From positions 2,529 through 66,528 of the forward strand of contig JAFTDR010000203.1 in assembly GCA_017454105.1 (NCBI GenBank): a DNA stretch of 64,000 nucleotides. Direction: 5' to 3'. This DNA comes from Desulfovibrionaceae bacterium (GTDB lineage: Bacteria > Desulfobacterota > Desulfovibrionia > Desulfovibrionales > Desulfovibrionaceae). A model generated the notes under the pieces. The model ran no database searches, was not told the origin of the DNA, and saw only the letters and a program-made list of their open reading frames with translations. Positions 39,137-48,947 of this stretch are shown here, in pieces (the stretch's first letter is position 1; each line of letters starts with the position of its first letter). A program made the translations under genes and the position numbers.

Positions 39137-40417
39137 ATGCTGCACTTTCATATTATCACCCTGTTTCCCGAATTTTTTAGCTCTCCGCTCTCCTGCGGCC
39201 TTATGGCGAAAGCTGTGCAGGCGGGGCGTATCTCCTTTTCCTTTCATAATCCCCGCGATTTTAGTGATGATAAACATCGCCATACCGATGACACACCCTA
39301 TGGCGGCGGGGTCGGGATGGTCATGCAGATTGCTCCAATTGCGCGGACAATTCGCTCCATTGAAAAAACAGGACCTCTTCTTTTTCTGACCCCCTCAGGC
39401 AGACCCTTTACCCAAAAAAGGGCAGAGGAATTGGCCAAGGAAGAGCATATAACGCTTATCTGTGCGCGCTACGAGGGGATTGATGCGCGCATTGAGTCGC
39501 TCTTCTCCGTTCAGCCGATATCCCTGTGCGATGTTGTGTTAAATAGCGGCGACACTGCGGCCCTTGCTGTGATTGAGGCCTGCGCGCGGCTTGTTCCAGG
39601 ATTTATGGGTAAGGGGAGTAGTGCGCGTGAGGAGAGTTTTGCGGAGAATCTCCTCGAATATCCCCAGTACACAAGGCCGCCTGTGTTTGAGGGGGTGGCG
39701 GTTCCAGACATCCTCTTGACAGGCCATCACGCAAAGATTGCGGCCTGGCGCAGGGCAAAGGCTCTTGTTAGGACACGGCGCATGCGCCCTGATTTACTGG
39801 ATGGGGCGCGGTTAACAGCGGCCGATGCGGCGAGCCTGGCAGAAGAGAGGGATGCGCTCCGCGGCCGGAATCTTTCGTTCTGCCTAGTCCATAGCCCTGT
39901 GCGCATTGACGGCAAAGCCTCTGGAACCTCATCTTTGACAAATCTTGATGTGCATGATATTGCACGAATTTCTGCAAGTTATGGTCTCGGTCCTTTTTTT
40001 GTCGTAACTCCGCTCTCTGACCAGCAGGAGATCCTCTCCCGCATTCTCGATCACTGGCTTCGGGGACCTGCTGCCCGATCGCATCCAGACAGGGCAGAAG
40101 CCCTGCGTCTTGTTGAGCCCGCGCGCACAATTGAAGAGGCGTGCGACAAGCTTGCAACAATTCGTGGCGAGCGTCCCTTTGTTATCGCAAGTTCAGCGCA
40201 GTGGTCGGGAGCAGTCCTTGGGATTGGTCAGGTGCGCGAGCTTCTTGACCGGGGACCGGTTTTATTGTGTTTGGGAACAGCCCAGGGCCTGGCCGATGCG
40301 GCGCGCAGGCTCGCTCACGCAACGGTGCGGCCGCTGCGTTTTTTGGGCTACAATCATCTTTCGGTGCGCAGTGCCGCTGCCGTCTATGCGGACAGAATTG
40401 TCGGCGATTTTGATTGA
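39137..40417 (+). CDS. trmD: tRNA (guanine-N1)-methyltransferase fused to a C-terminal SPOUT-like domain
   Basis: ITLFPEFF, DDTPYGGG.GMVM, CARYEGIDAR, LLEYPQYTRP; extra about 180 aa ending NHLSVRSAAAVY.DR. Confidence 0.95.
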   Translation: MLHFHIITLFPEFFSSPLSCGLMAKAVQAGRISFSFHNPRDFSDDKHRHTDDTPYGGGVGMVMQIAPIARTIRSIEKTGPLLFLTPSGRPFTQKRAEELAKEEHITLICARYEGIDARIESLFSVQPISLCDVVLNSGDTAALAVIEACARLVPGFMGKGSSAREESFAENLLEYPQYTRPPVFEGVAVPDILLTGHHAKIAAWRRAKALVRTRRMRPDLLDGARLTAADAASLAEERDALRGRNLSFCLVHSPVRIDGKASGTSSLTNLDVHDIARISASYGLGPFFVVTPLSDQQEILSRILDHWLRGPAARSHPDRAEALRLVEPARTIEEACDKLATIRGERPFVIASSAQWSGAVLGIGQVRELLDRGPVLLCLGTAQGLADAARRLAHATVRPLRFLGYNHLSVRSAAAVYADRIVGDFD

Positions 40418-40450
40418 AAGCCGTTGCCGGGAGTGAAAGGAGTATGAGCG

Positions 40451-40801
40451 ATGAATGTTATTGAAAAAATAGAACGGGAAAACATGCGTATGGATATGCC
40501 GACTTTCCGTTCCGGCGATACGGTCAAGGTCCATCTGCGTATCGTTGAAGGCGAAAAAGAGCGCATCCAGGTCTTCCAGGGCAATGTCATCCGCGTCTCA
40601 CGCGGAACGACAAATGCGAGCTTTACCGTCAGAAAAATTTCCGACGGTGTCGGCGTTGAGCGTATTTTTCCGCTCTATTCCCCCTTTATCGACCACGTGG
40701 AAGTTGTCTCTGAAGGCCGTGTGCGCAGAAGCCGCCTGTATTATCTGCGCGATCTTAAAGGCAAAGCCGCGCGTATCAAACCCAGAAATCGGTATCAGTA
40801 A
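40451..40801 (+). CDS. rplS: 50S ribosomal protein L19
   Basis: [10 protein letters not shown]...ERIQVFQG...GVGVERIFP...[10 protein letters not shown]. Confidence 0.98.
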   Translation: MNVIEKIERENMRMDMPTFRSGDTVKVHLRIVEGEKERIQVFQGNVIRVSRGTTNASFTVRKISDGVGVERIFPLYSPFIDHVEVVSEGRVRRSRLYYLRDLKGKAARIKPRNRYQ

Positions 40802-40875
40802 AGAAGTGCGAACGAGGCAGCTATTGTCTCGTTCCTTTTTTTCTGCGGCCTAAAAAAAGCGAAGCGGGAGATTGT

Positions 40876-41511
40876 ATGGCGAGTACAAAGCGCCAGCTCT
40901 TGCTCTATGAACGGCCCGCAGCTGTCCTAGCCGGCATTGATGAGGTCGGGCGGGGGGCGCTCGCCGGGCCGGTTGTGAGCTGTGCTGTCATTCTCGCTTC
41001 CCCCATCCCTGGTCTTGCCGATTCAAAGACTTTGAGCTGCGATGTGCGCGAGAGGCTTGCCGCGCAAATACGCAAGGAGGCTTTGGCCTACGGCATAGGC
41101 CTTGTTGGGCAGCGCATGATTGACAAAATCAATATTTTGCAGGCGACCTTTATGGCCATGGCTATCGCTGTATCCAGACTTCGTGTGACCCCAGGGATTC
41201 TCGCTGTTGACGGCCGCTTTACCATTCCAGAACGCTATATACGCCGCTTCTTTTGCCACAGGCATGGGGGAATGGAACCTGCGCAAAAAGCCTATATCCG
41301 GGGGGATGCGAGCGTGCCTGAAATAGCCGCGGCTTCGATTGTCGCTAAGACATACAGAGACGCGCTTATGCGTGGTTTTGCGGAGCGCTGGCCGGACTAC
41401 GGTTTTGAGCGGCATGTTGGCTACGGGACGGCCTACCACCGTGAGGCACTGGCACGCCTAGGTCCCTGTCCTCTGCACAGGCTGTCTTTCCGCAGTGTTG
41501 TCTGTGAATGA
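40876..41511 (+). CDS. rnhB: Ribonuclease HII
   Basis: GIDEVGRGALAGPVV, DSK, VDG, IAAASIVAK.YRD, HVGYGT. Confidence 0.95.
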   Translation: MASTKRQLLLYERPAAVLAGIDEVGRGALAGPVVSCAVILASPIPGLADSKTLSCDVRERLAAQIRKEALAYGIGLVGQRMIDKINILQATFMAMAIAVSRLRVTPGILAVDGRFTIPERYIRRFFCHRHGGMEPAQKAYIRGDASVPEIAAASIVAKTYRDALMRGFAERWPDYGFERHVGYGTAYHREALARLGPCPLHRLSFRSVVCE

Positions 41512-41532
41512 GGCGAGCGATCGAGGAGCGCT

Positions 41533-42399
41533 ATGGAAAGAGGTCATCTTTGGCTTGTCGCAACCCCCCTTGGCAATCTCGGCGATTTTTCCGAGCGGGC
41601 CCGCGCCGTGTTATCCAGCGCGGACTGCATTTTAGCTGAAGATACGCGACGCACCTTGCAACTTCTCCGCCTCGCAGGTCTTCAGCATTCGCAGGTCATA
41701 AGTTTTCACGATCACAATGAGGAGGACAAGCTCTCCCAAGTCTTTTCACTCTTGCAGGAGGGAAAGACAGTTGCGCTTGTCTCGGATGCGGGTACCCCCC
41801 TCATTGCCGATCCAGGCTATAGACTTGTTCGGGCCTGCCGGAAAATGGGCTTTCCTGTGTCCATTGTGCCTGGCCCCTCGGCTCCGCTCGCAGCTCTTGC
41901 TATATCGGGCATTCCTCCTATTCCCTTCACCTTTCTTGGCTTTTTGCCCAGAAGTGAGAGCGATCTGCGTAAGCTTTTTGCGCCCTATGCCTCCCTTGTG
42001 ACGACCCTTGTTTTTTTCGAGCGGGCGGATCGTCTGCGAACAAGTCTTGGTTTGGCCAGCGAGATTCTTGGCCCGCGGGAAGTCGCCGTGTGTCGGGAAC
42101 TCACAAAGACGCATGAAGAGGTGCTGTCTTTGTCGCTTTCTGCCATTGGTGAGCTTCCGCTCCTCCTTGGGGAAATCACAGTTGTTATAGGGCCGCCTGT
42201 CACAAGAGAGCGCACAGAGAGAGCAAAAGTTATAGCCGCCCTCGCGGACGCTTTGGCAAAGGGTGCGCCTGCCCGCCAGATTGTGAAGGAGGTTAGGGAG
42301 TCTGTCGTTGGCTGGGGGAGTAAGGAACTCTACGCTCTTCTTGAAACGCAAAAGCGCGGGCCGCTGGGAGGTAGCGGGTATGGCGAAGAAAAAAGGTAG
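41533..42399 (+). CDS. rsmI: 16S rRNA (cytidine1402-2'-O)-methyltransferase
   Basis: VATPLGNLGD, AEDTR, SDAGTPLIADPG, RELTKTHEE. Confidence 0.95.
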   Translation: MERGHLWLVATPLGNLGDFSERARAVLSSADCILAEDTRRTLQLLRLAGLQHSQVISFHDHNEEDKLSQVFSLLQEGKTVALVSDAGTPLIADPGYRLVRACRKMGFPVSIVPGPSAPLAALAISGIPPIPFTFLGFLPRSESDLRKLFAPYASLVTTLVFFERADRLRTSLGLASEILGPREVAVCRELTKTHEEVLSLSLSAIGELPLLLGEITVVIGPPVTRERTERAKVIAALADALAKGAPARQIVKEVRESVVGWGSKELYALLETQKRGPLGGSGYGEEKR

Positions 42400-42832
42400 C
42401 GACGGCCTTGTCAACAAAAAAGCGCGTTTTCTCTATGAGCTTTCAAACTTTACCGAGGCTGGGATTGCCTTAACTGGCCCAGAGGTTAAGAGTATTCGGG
42501 CCCATAAGGTGAATTTTGTCGATAGTTACGTGGAATTTAGAAATGGTGAGGCCTGGCTCACTTCGCTCAATATCGCGCCGTACGAGAATGCGGGCTATGT
42601 TGTTCAGGAGCCAGATAGGCCAAGACGCCTCTTGCTCCATGCCGTAGAAATAGCCCGCCTTGCGTCGCAGGTTGCGCAGAAGGGCTTAACTGTTGTTCCG
42701 GTCCGCCTGTATTTTGTGCGTGGCAAGGTCAAGGTTGAAATCGCTCTTGGCAGAGGCAAGAAACTCCATGATCACAGGGAAAGTCTGAAACAGAAAGCAG
42801 TTGAGCGCGATCTGGCGCGGGATAGGGTATAA
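42380..42832 (+). CDS. smpB: SsrA-binding protein
   Basis: NKKARF.Y, EAGIALTGPEVKSIR, RRLLLH, GRGKKLHDHRE. Confidence 0.95.
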   Translation: MAKKKGSDGLVNKKARFLYELSNFTEAGIALTGPEVKSIRAHKVNFVDSYVEFRNGEAWLTSLNIAPYENAGYVVQEPDRPRRLLLHAVEIARLASQVAQKGLTVVPVRLYFVRGKVKVEIALGRGKKLHDHRESLKQKAVERDLARDRV

Positions 42833-42842
42833 GGAGTTTTCT

Positions 42843-43289
42843 ATGCGCATTCTTCTTGTGACGCTCTTTTCCCTTTTTCTTTTGTTCTCAGAGGCCATGG
42901 CCGAGACGGCCCGCTTTACTGTGAGCGGCACAGACTTCACTGTGTCTGTCCCTGAAGGTTGGATTTGGGAGACGATTTCCGATGGTCTGCAGATCACGAG
43001 ACACGACAAACAGGCTTCGATTGCTCTCTCTCTTTTCCCGAATCCAGAAAAGGTGAATCTCGCTTCTTTTTTGCAGAGTGTGCTCTCAAGTGTCAATTTG
43101 ACGGACAGTAAAAAGGTTGAGAAGAAAAATTCCGTGACTATTACCGGACACAAGCAAAATATTGCCTACACTATTGTCCTCACAGATCGCGGGGACTCTA
43201 TGCTAGCCTGTGTCGGCTCAGGATCAGAGAAGAAAATCATTGATGCCTTTGTCGCCTCGTTGAAAGAAGAGCCAAAGAAGAGTGAGTGA
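42843..43289 (+). CDS. Secreted hypothetical protein (PsbP/DcrB-like start)
   Basis: Signal peptide MRILLVTLFSLFLLFSEAMA; FTVSVPEGW; AAGGAG RBS. Confidence 0.7.
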   Translation: MRILLVTLFSLFLLFSEAMAETARFTVSGTDFTVSVPEGWIWETISDGLQITRHDKQASIALSLFPNPEKVNLASFLQSVLSSVNLTDSKKVEKKNSVTITGHKQNIAYTIVLTDRGDSMLACVGSGSEKKIIDAFVASLKEEPKKSE

Positions 43290-43333
43290 GGCCAAAAAAA
43301 AGCGTTCCAGAATGGAACGCATTTTTTTTGGCC
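43290..43333. terminator. Bidirectional terminator between the convergent smpB-side and rimM-side blocks
   Basis: GGCC-A8-GCGTTCCA-GAA-TGGAACGC-A-T8-GGCC. Confidence 0.85.
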
Positions 43334-43860
43334 TAGGGTGTATTGTAGAGGTCGAGAAGGCCTTCGGGGGGAGCTATGACAATCCGCTTTGTATCGGTAT
43401 CAAGGACAACGATAAAATCGGGTTGGGCAGGAAAGAGAATCTCTCTCCCATCATCGCCTATGATCGACCAGACATCGGTCCCAAGAACGACGTGGGAGAA
43501 TCGACCGATGGCAGTGCCATCTTGTAGAAAAACTGTTGATCCTACGAGATCGCTCACATACGCTTCGTTGTTTCCTGGAGGCGGAAGGGAAGCTCGCAGG
43601 GTGAGAATTTTTTTGCCGCGAAGTCCGGCGGCCTGCTCTCTGGTCACAACACCGGCTATGCGCACGAGCAGACGGCCGTTGTGCATGCGGGCCTCTTCAA
43701 TGGTTATCGGTTCTGGAGCCGAGTTGCCGGATTGCAGATAATATGGGAGAGACTGTGAAAACGGGGAGACGCCGTACCACGCGAGGGCTATCTCCCCATG
43801 TACACCGTGTGGTTTTGACACGGAAGCCATATGAATGTACGTCTCGCTCATACATGCCAT
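43333..43860 (-). CDS. rimM: Ribosome maturation factor RimM
   Basis: KPHGVHGE, TREQAAGLRG, DLVG, EILFP, PPEGLLDLY. Confidence 0.93.
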   Translation of the reverse strand: MACMSETYIHMASVSKPHGVHGEIALAWYGVSPFSQSLPYYLQSGNSAPEPITIEEARMHNGRLLVRIAGVVTREQAAGLRGKKILTLRASLPPPGNNEAYVSDLVGSTVFLQDGTAIGRFSHVVLGTDVWSIIGDDGREILFPAQPDFIVVLDTDTKRIVIAPPEGLLDLYNTP

Positions 43861-44090
43861 TATTCCAGAATTTCAAGAACCGTACGCTTCTTTGAACGTG
43901 TTGAAGCGGCGCTCAGAATTGTGCGCAGGGCTCGCGCTGTGCGCCCTTGCTTGCCTATGACCTTTCCCAGATCATCTTGAGCGACCTTCAGTTCCAGGAC
44001 TGTGGTTTGTTCTCCTTCTACTTCATTGACTTGCACGTCATCTGGATGGTCCACGAGTGACCGTGCAATGTACTCTATCAGGTTTCGCAT
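43860..44090 (-). CDS. khpA: KH-domain RNA-binding protein
   Basis: [17 protein letters not shown]; sits between rpsP and rimM. Confidence 0.93.
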   Translation of the reverse strand: MRNLIEYIARSLVDHPDDVQVNEVEGEQTTVLELKVAQDDLGKVIGKQGRTARALRTILSAASTRSKKRTVLEILE

Positions 44091-44128
44091 GGCTCCCCTC
44101 CTTCACCTCAGCCGAAGGGCAAGCGCCT

Positions 44129-44365
44129 CTACATATGCTCCTTTAAGAGGGAACGGACTGTTTCAGTCGGCTTTGCTCCTCGATCAAGCCAGGCTTTAAT
44201 TTTTTCGGCATTCAGTTTGACGTCCGGCGGATTTGTCATCGGATTGTAGTACCCAAGAAATTCTAAAGGACGACCATCGCGTGATGTGGTGTCATTTGCT
44301 GCAACAACCCGGTAAAAAGGATGCTTCTTGCTGCCGAGACGGGCCAATTTGAGTTTTACTGCCAT
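44129..44365 (-). CDS. rpsP: 30S ribosomal protein S16
   Basis: [21 protein letters not shown]...RDGR.LE.LGYYNP. Confidence 0.98.
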   Translation of the reverse strand: MAVKLKLARLGSKKHPFYRVVAANDTTSRDGRPLEFLGYYNPMTNPPDVKLNAEKIKAWLDRGAKPTETVRSLLKEHM

Positions 44366-44695
44366 TTTTAGACTCCTTTATGTGCTACTATACCTTGTGA
44401 GGAAAAAAAAGCAAGTCTCTGTGCGATACACTGCCCCAGATCTTCCGAAGTACGCGCGTAAAGAAAAAGTGACGGAGCGCACAAGCTGTGCAGTGCGGCT
44501 TAGGGCACGCGGGGCTCAGCGTAAAAAAAGTTTGAGCGCTGCCTAGCGTACGAACGCTGCTCGGCCAAAACCGCGAGATGAGCTAGGCATTGCCGAATGC
44601 CAGAGTCACTGTTCGCGCACGTCTATGGCCAGACTAGAGCGTGAGCATGGAGGCGAACCGCGAGATATCGATGCGATGGGCGGGCGATCCGAATT

Positions 44696-46228
44696 CTAGC
44701 GTTTTCTGCGGCGCTGTTTGTCCTTCTTTTTCCTGCGGTTTTTTTCTGCGGCGCTATGCGACGATTCCTTCGATTGGCCAAGTCCCCGAAAGGGCATGGC
44801 CGGATTCTGGAAGGCCTGCGCCATACCGGCATAATTGTCGAAGCCCCCCAAATTCCCGAAATTCCCAAGGTTCCCGAGTCCGCCCGCACCAGCCATTTTG
44901 GGATTGATTTTCGAGAGATCCGGCGATTTTTTCATGAATGTTTTCATCGCTTTGCGCATCTGCTCAAAAGAGCGCAACATGTCGTTGACCTTCTGTATGC
45001 TGACTCCCGAGCCTTTGGCGATGCGCGCGCGACGGCTGCCGTTTAAAATTTCCGGCATCTCCCGCTCCTGCTTGGTCATGGACTGGATAATGGATTCCAT
45101 TTTGGCCATTTCCTTGTCCGGGACCATGTTTGCCGCTTCGTGGAGCTTTTCTTTGAGTGAGCCAAAACCGGGAACGAGTTTTAAGATCGATTCAAACGAG
45201 CCGAGCTTCTTGATCTGGCGCAAATGCGCAAGAAAGTCGTTAAAATTGTAACTTGCCTTTTTCATCTTGTCGGCAAGTTTTTTGACTTCCTCCTCATCAA
45301 ACTCGGCCTGCGCCCTTTCAACCAGTGTCAGGACATCGCCCATGCCGAGAATGCGCCCGGCTATCCGGTCTGGGTGAAAAATCTCGAGTTCCGAGAGTTT
45401 TTCGCCCATGCCGACAAATTTGACTGGTGCGCCAGTGACAGAGCGGATTGAGAGCGCGGCCCCGCCGCGGGCGTCGCCATCCATCTTTGTTAAGATGACC
45501 CCTGTGAGGGATAGTTTCTCATGGAAGGTCTGCGCAACTGTGACCGCTTCCTGGCCGGTCATAGCGTCGGCGACAAAAAGAATTTCCTGCGGGTGCAGGA
45601 GATCCTTCAAATCTTTCAGCTCGTCCATGAGCGGCTCATCGACATGCAGACGGCCTGCAGTGTCCAGGAGAAGAACGGTTGCCCCTTCCTCTTTGGCCTT
45701 GGACAACGCGGATTCGGCTATCTCGTGGGGCGTCATGGAAGTAGTCGAAGGAAAATAGGGAATATTGAGCTGTTTGGCAAGTGTTACGAGCTGATCGATG
45801 GCTGCCGGTCGGTAGACATCGAGGGGCACAAGATAGGGGCGCATTTTCTTTTTGCGCAAAAAATTGGCCAGCTTGCCCGCAGACGTTGTTTTGCCTGAGC
45901 CCTGGAGTCCTACGAGGAGTATGCTCGCAGGTTGGGCACCTGCGAGGGAGAGTTCGCTTGTCTCGCCGCCAAGGACACGGACAAGTTCGTCGTACACGAT
46001 CTTTACGACCTGTTGCGCGGGGTTGACGCCTTTTACGATATTTTGACCCACGCATTTTGTGCGCACGTTTTCGACAAACGATTTGACAACAGCAAAATTA
46101 ACGTCCGCCTCAAGCAGAGCCAAACGGACTTCCTTAAGGCCGGATTGAATGTTTTCTTCAGTCAGCTGACCGCGACCGGTCAGATTGCGAAAAGTTTGCG
46201 AGAGTCTGTCAGATAAATTGTCAAACAT
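44696..46228 (-). CDS. ffh: Signal recognition particle protein
   Basis: ALLEADV, GLQGSGKTT, DTAGR, TKMDGDARGG, RILGMGD, SMTKQER; long Gly/Asn- and Lys/Arg-rich tail. Confidence 0.97.
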   Translation of the reverse strand: MFDNLSDRLSQTFRNLTGRGQLTEENIQSGLKEVRLALLEADVNFAVVKSFVENVRTKCVGQNIVKGVNPAQQVVKIVYDELVRVLGGETSELSLAGAQPASILLVGLQGSGKTTSAGKLANFLRKKKMRPYLVPLDVYRPAAIDQLVTLAKQLNIPYFPSTTSMTPHEIAESALSKAKEEGATVLLLDTAGRLHVDEPLMDELKDLKDLLHPQEILFVADAMTGQEAVTVAQTFHEKLSLTGVILTKMDGDARGGAALSIRSVTGAPVKFVGMGEKLSELEIFHPDRIAGRILGMGDVLTLVERAQAEFDEEEVKKLADKMKKASYNFNDFLAHLRQIKKLGSFESILKLVPGFGSLKEKLHEAANMVPDKEMAKMESIIQSMTKQEREMPEILNGSRRARIAKGSGVSIQKVNDMLRSFEQMRKAMKTFMKKSPDLSKINPKMAGAGGLGNLGNFGNLGGFDNYAGMAQAFQNPAMPFRGLGQSKESSHSAAEKNRRKKKDKQRRRKR

Positions 46229-46614
46229 AAAACCCCACACAACAGAGTGCATTTCAAAAATTTGAACGTAGTCACAAAAGTTTTTTTCGTCAAGTCGGGA
46301 TTTCCGCAAAGAAAAGCGAGCGCTCACGAGGGCCGTGATTGTCTGCTGCCTACACCAAGGTATACTCGCAATGTGTGCAATCATCCTACCCAAACTAGGG
46401 GAAGCGTTGCGCTGATCCGCCGTGTACGCATAATGGTTTTCTGTCCGTCATCCAGTCACCATTCGGGGAGAATCATTGTGACGCCCTGTACACATGGTTG
46501 CGACTGTACGTCAGCTTCCGCAGTATTGGCCAAGGGCGCTCTCTTTTGCCGGCATTTTTGGGCGTACGATCCATTTTTCTTGACTGGCCGCCCTCTTGCG
46601 GGCACACTTGGGCT

Positions 46615-47541
46615 ATGAGTACGATCATCCATACGAGTATGCCCAATACTTTTCTTGTGACCGAGGCCGAGAGCGGGCAAAAGCTTTTGCAGATTCTTCT
46701 CCGCCGCCTGCACCTCCCAAAGTCTCTGCTTCACCGCTGGATTCGCACAGGCCAGGTGCGCTGCAATGCCTTGCGCTGCACTCCCTATCAAAGAGTTGAA
46801 ACAGGGGATTCTGTGCGCCTCCCTCCCTTTGCTTTAGCGATCGCGCAAGAGGAACAAAAAGAAGCACAAAAGGACCCTGTGCCTCTCTTTGATCTTCCTG
46901 AAGAAATAGGTCGCTATGGCGATCTTATAGCGTATCATAAGCCTGCCGGCCTCTGCACCCATCCTGGATCTGGGCATACGGACAGCCTGGCGACAAGGCT
47001 CGCCGCCCATTTTGCGGGAAAGCCCTTTATTCCTGTGCCCTGCCATCGCCTTGATCGGGACACCTCGGGGGTTTTGCTTGTTGCGACAAGCTATGCGAGC
47101 TTGCGAGCCGTCTCTGATGCGCTTACAGCCCAAACGCTCACGAAGGACTATCTGTGTTGGGTGCGTGGCCTTTGGACGCACAAGGAGCCGCTTCTTTTGC
47201 GGGATTTTCTTGTGAAGGATACGGATGGTGTGCGCGTCTCTGATAGGGGACGTGTGGCTGAGACTCTGGTTTTTCCCATACTTTGCGGGGAAAAAAGGAG
47301 TCTGCTCCGTCTTCAAATTCGGACCGGGAGAACACATCAGATCCGCGTCCAGCTCGCCCACAGAGGCTTTCCGATCCTTGGGGATCGGAGGTACGGATCC
47401 GCAGGGGCGGGTCCACTTTTTCTGCACGCTTTCCGCCTAACACTTCCAGACGGCCATGTTTTTCAGTCTCTGCCCGCATGGCCACATCCGTATACTGTCT
47501 CATTCGCTATGCTTTCTACTTCCCATTCTCAGGACAAATAG
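46615..47541 (+). CDS. RluA-family pseudouridine synthase
   Basis: S4-like N-domain, KPAGL, HRLDRDTSG, TGRTHQIRVQL, GDRRYG. Confidence 0.92.
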   Translation: MSTIIHTSMPNTFLVTEAESGQKLLQILLRRLHLPKSLLHRWIRTGQVRCNALRCTPYQRVETGDSVRLPPFALAIAQEEQKEAQKDPVPLFDLPEEIGRYGDLIAYHKPAGLCTHPGSGHTDSLATRLAAHFAGKPFIPVPCHRLDRDTSGVLLVATSYASLRAVSDALTAQTLTKDYLCWVRGLWTHKEPLLLRDFLVKDTDGVRVSDRGRVAETLVFPILCGEKRSLLRLQIRTGRTHQIRVQLAHRGFPILGDRRYGSAGAGPLFLHAFRLTLPDGHVFQSLPAWPHPYTVSFAMLSTSHSQDK

Positions 47542-47543
47542 CT

Positions 47544-48905
47544 ATGTGCGCTGACCTTTTTCCTCACATCGTGCTGCTTGGCCGACCGAATGTGGGCAAA
47601 TCCACCCTGTTTAACCGGCTTATCCGCAGCAATCGCGCAATAACACACGATCGCCCAGGCATAACCCGTGACCGCATGGAGGGGATAGTCCGCAAAAATT
47701 CGCAGCCGCTCTTCACCTTAGTCGACACAGGCGGACTCAATCTGGCCCAGGACGGCTCCCCAGACACGGGGCCTGCTGGTATTCGCGGCTTTGAAGAGGC
47801 CATCTTTTTTCAGGTGCAGGAGGCACTGAAGAAAGCCGCGGTTTTGGCTCTTGTTGTTGACGCAAAAAGCGGCCTGCTCCCGCTTGATTCCTCCCTTGCG
47901 GCTATTGCCAGGCGGACAGGACTCCCAGTACTTTGCGTTGTAAACAAGGTGGATGGCCGGGAACACGAGGGCCTTCTCTCTGATTTCCACGCACTTGGTC
48001 TTCCGCTGATCGCTCTTTCAGCCGCCCATGGCTACCATATTCCAGAGCTTTTGGACGCACTCGTAGCCATGCTTCCAAAGACTTGCGCCTCATTAAATAA
48101 GGAGAGTAGTGAGAAAAGCCTGCGCATAGCTCTCCTTGGCCGGCCAAATGCAGGCAAATCCTCGCTTGTGAACGCCCTGGTCGGGGAAGAGCGCATGATT
48201 ATCTCCGATGTCCCTGGGACAACGAGGGATAGTGTCGATGTGCGCGCGACCCTCTCTGGGATATCCTGCGTCTTTGTGGACACAGCAGGCGTTCGGCGGA
48301 AGACGCGCATCGAGGATCCTGTGGAGCGTTTTTCTGTGAACGCGTCTCTTAAGTCCACAACAAAAGCGGATATCACGCTGGTTGTACTCGATATGCAGGA
48401 AGGCTTGGGCAGCCAGGATAAACGGCTTATCGATCTGCTCGATCGGCGGAAGACACCGTTTTTTATTCTTGCAAATAAATGCGATCTCCTGTCTGGATCT
48501 CATCGCAAGAAAGCGGAGAAGGCGCTTTGCGAAGACTTATCCTTTCTGCCGCATATCCCGATTCTTTTTATTTCAGCAAAAGAGAAGACAGGCTTAGGAA
48601 AAATTCTGCCCCTTGCCCAACGCATTGTCGAGGAATGCCAGATGCGCGTGCCAACTGGGCAGTTAAACCGCGCCATGCAGTCGGTTCTCTCGCGCCATGA
48701 GCCACCTATTGTGAACCGCGCAAGACCGCGTTTTTTTTATCTCACCCAGGCCGAGTCTTCTCCGCCGACCTTTGTTTTTTTTGTGAGCGACGCGACACGC
48801 GTTCCAGATAGCTATCTGCGCTATCTTGAACGGGGCTTGCGCTCTTTGTTTGGCATACGCCATGCGCCTTTGCGCATGCATCTGCGTTCAAGCCACAAAA
48901 GCTAA
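47544..48905 (+). CDS. der: Ribosome biogenesis GTPase Der (EngA)
   Basis: Two GTPase domains (GRPNVGKS/DTGG; GRPNAGKS/DTAG/NKCD) plus KH-like tail. Confidence 0.97.
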   Translation: MCADLFPHIVLLGRPNVGKSTLFNRLIRSNRAITHDRPGITRDRMEGIVRKNSQPLFTLVDTGGLNLAQDGSPDTGPAGIRGFEEAIFFQVQEALKKAAVLALVVDAKSGLLPLDSSLAAIARRTGLPVLCVVNKVDGREHEGLLSDFHALGLPLIALSAAHGYHIPELLDALVAMLPKTCASLNKESSEKSLRIALLGRPNAGKSSLVNALVGEERMIISDVPGTTRDSVDVRATLSGISCVFVDTAGVRRKTRIEDPVERFSVNASLKSTTKADITLVVLDMQEGLGSQDKRLIDLLDRRKTPFFILANKCDLLSGSHRKKAEKALCEDLSFLPHIPILFISAKEKTGLGKILPLAQRIVEECQMRVPTGQLNRAMQSVLSRHEPPIVNRARPRFFYLTQAESSPPTFVFFVSDATRVPDSYLRYLERGLRSLFGIRHAPLRMHLRSSHKS

Positions 48906-48908
48906 GCG

Positions 48909-48947
48909 AAACAAAAAAAGGGGAGCGTACGCTCCCCTTTTTTGTTT
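48909..48947. terminator. Bidirectional terminator between der and rbr
   Basis: A-tract, GGGGAGCG-TA-CGCTCCCC, T-tract. Confidence 0.85.

Noticed and set aside
42380-46228. tmRNA near smpB or SRP RNA near ffh
   Set aside because: No tRNA-like ends or SRP GNRA-loop domain recognised in the adjacent gaps.
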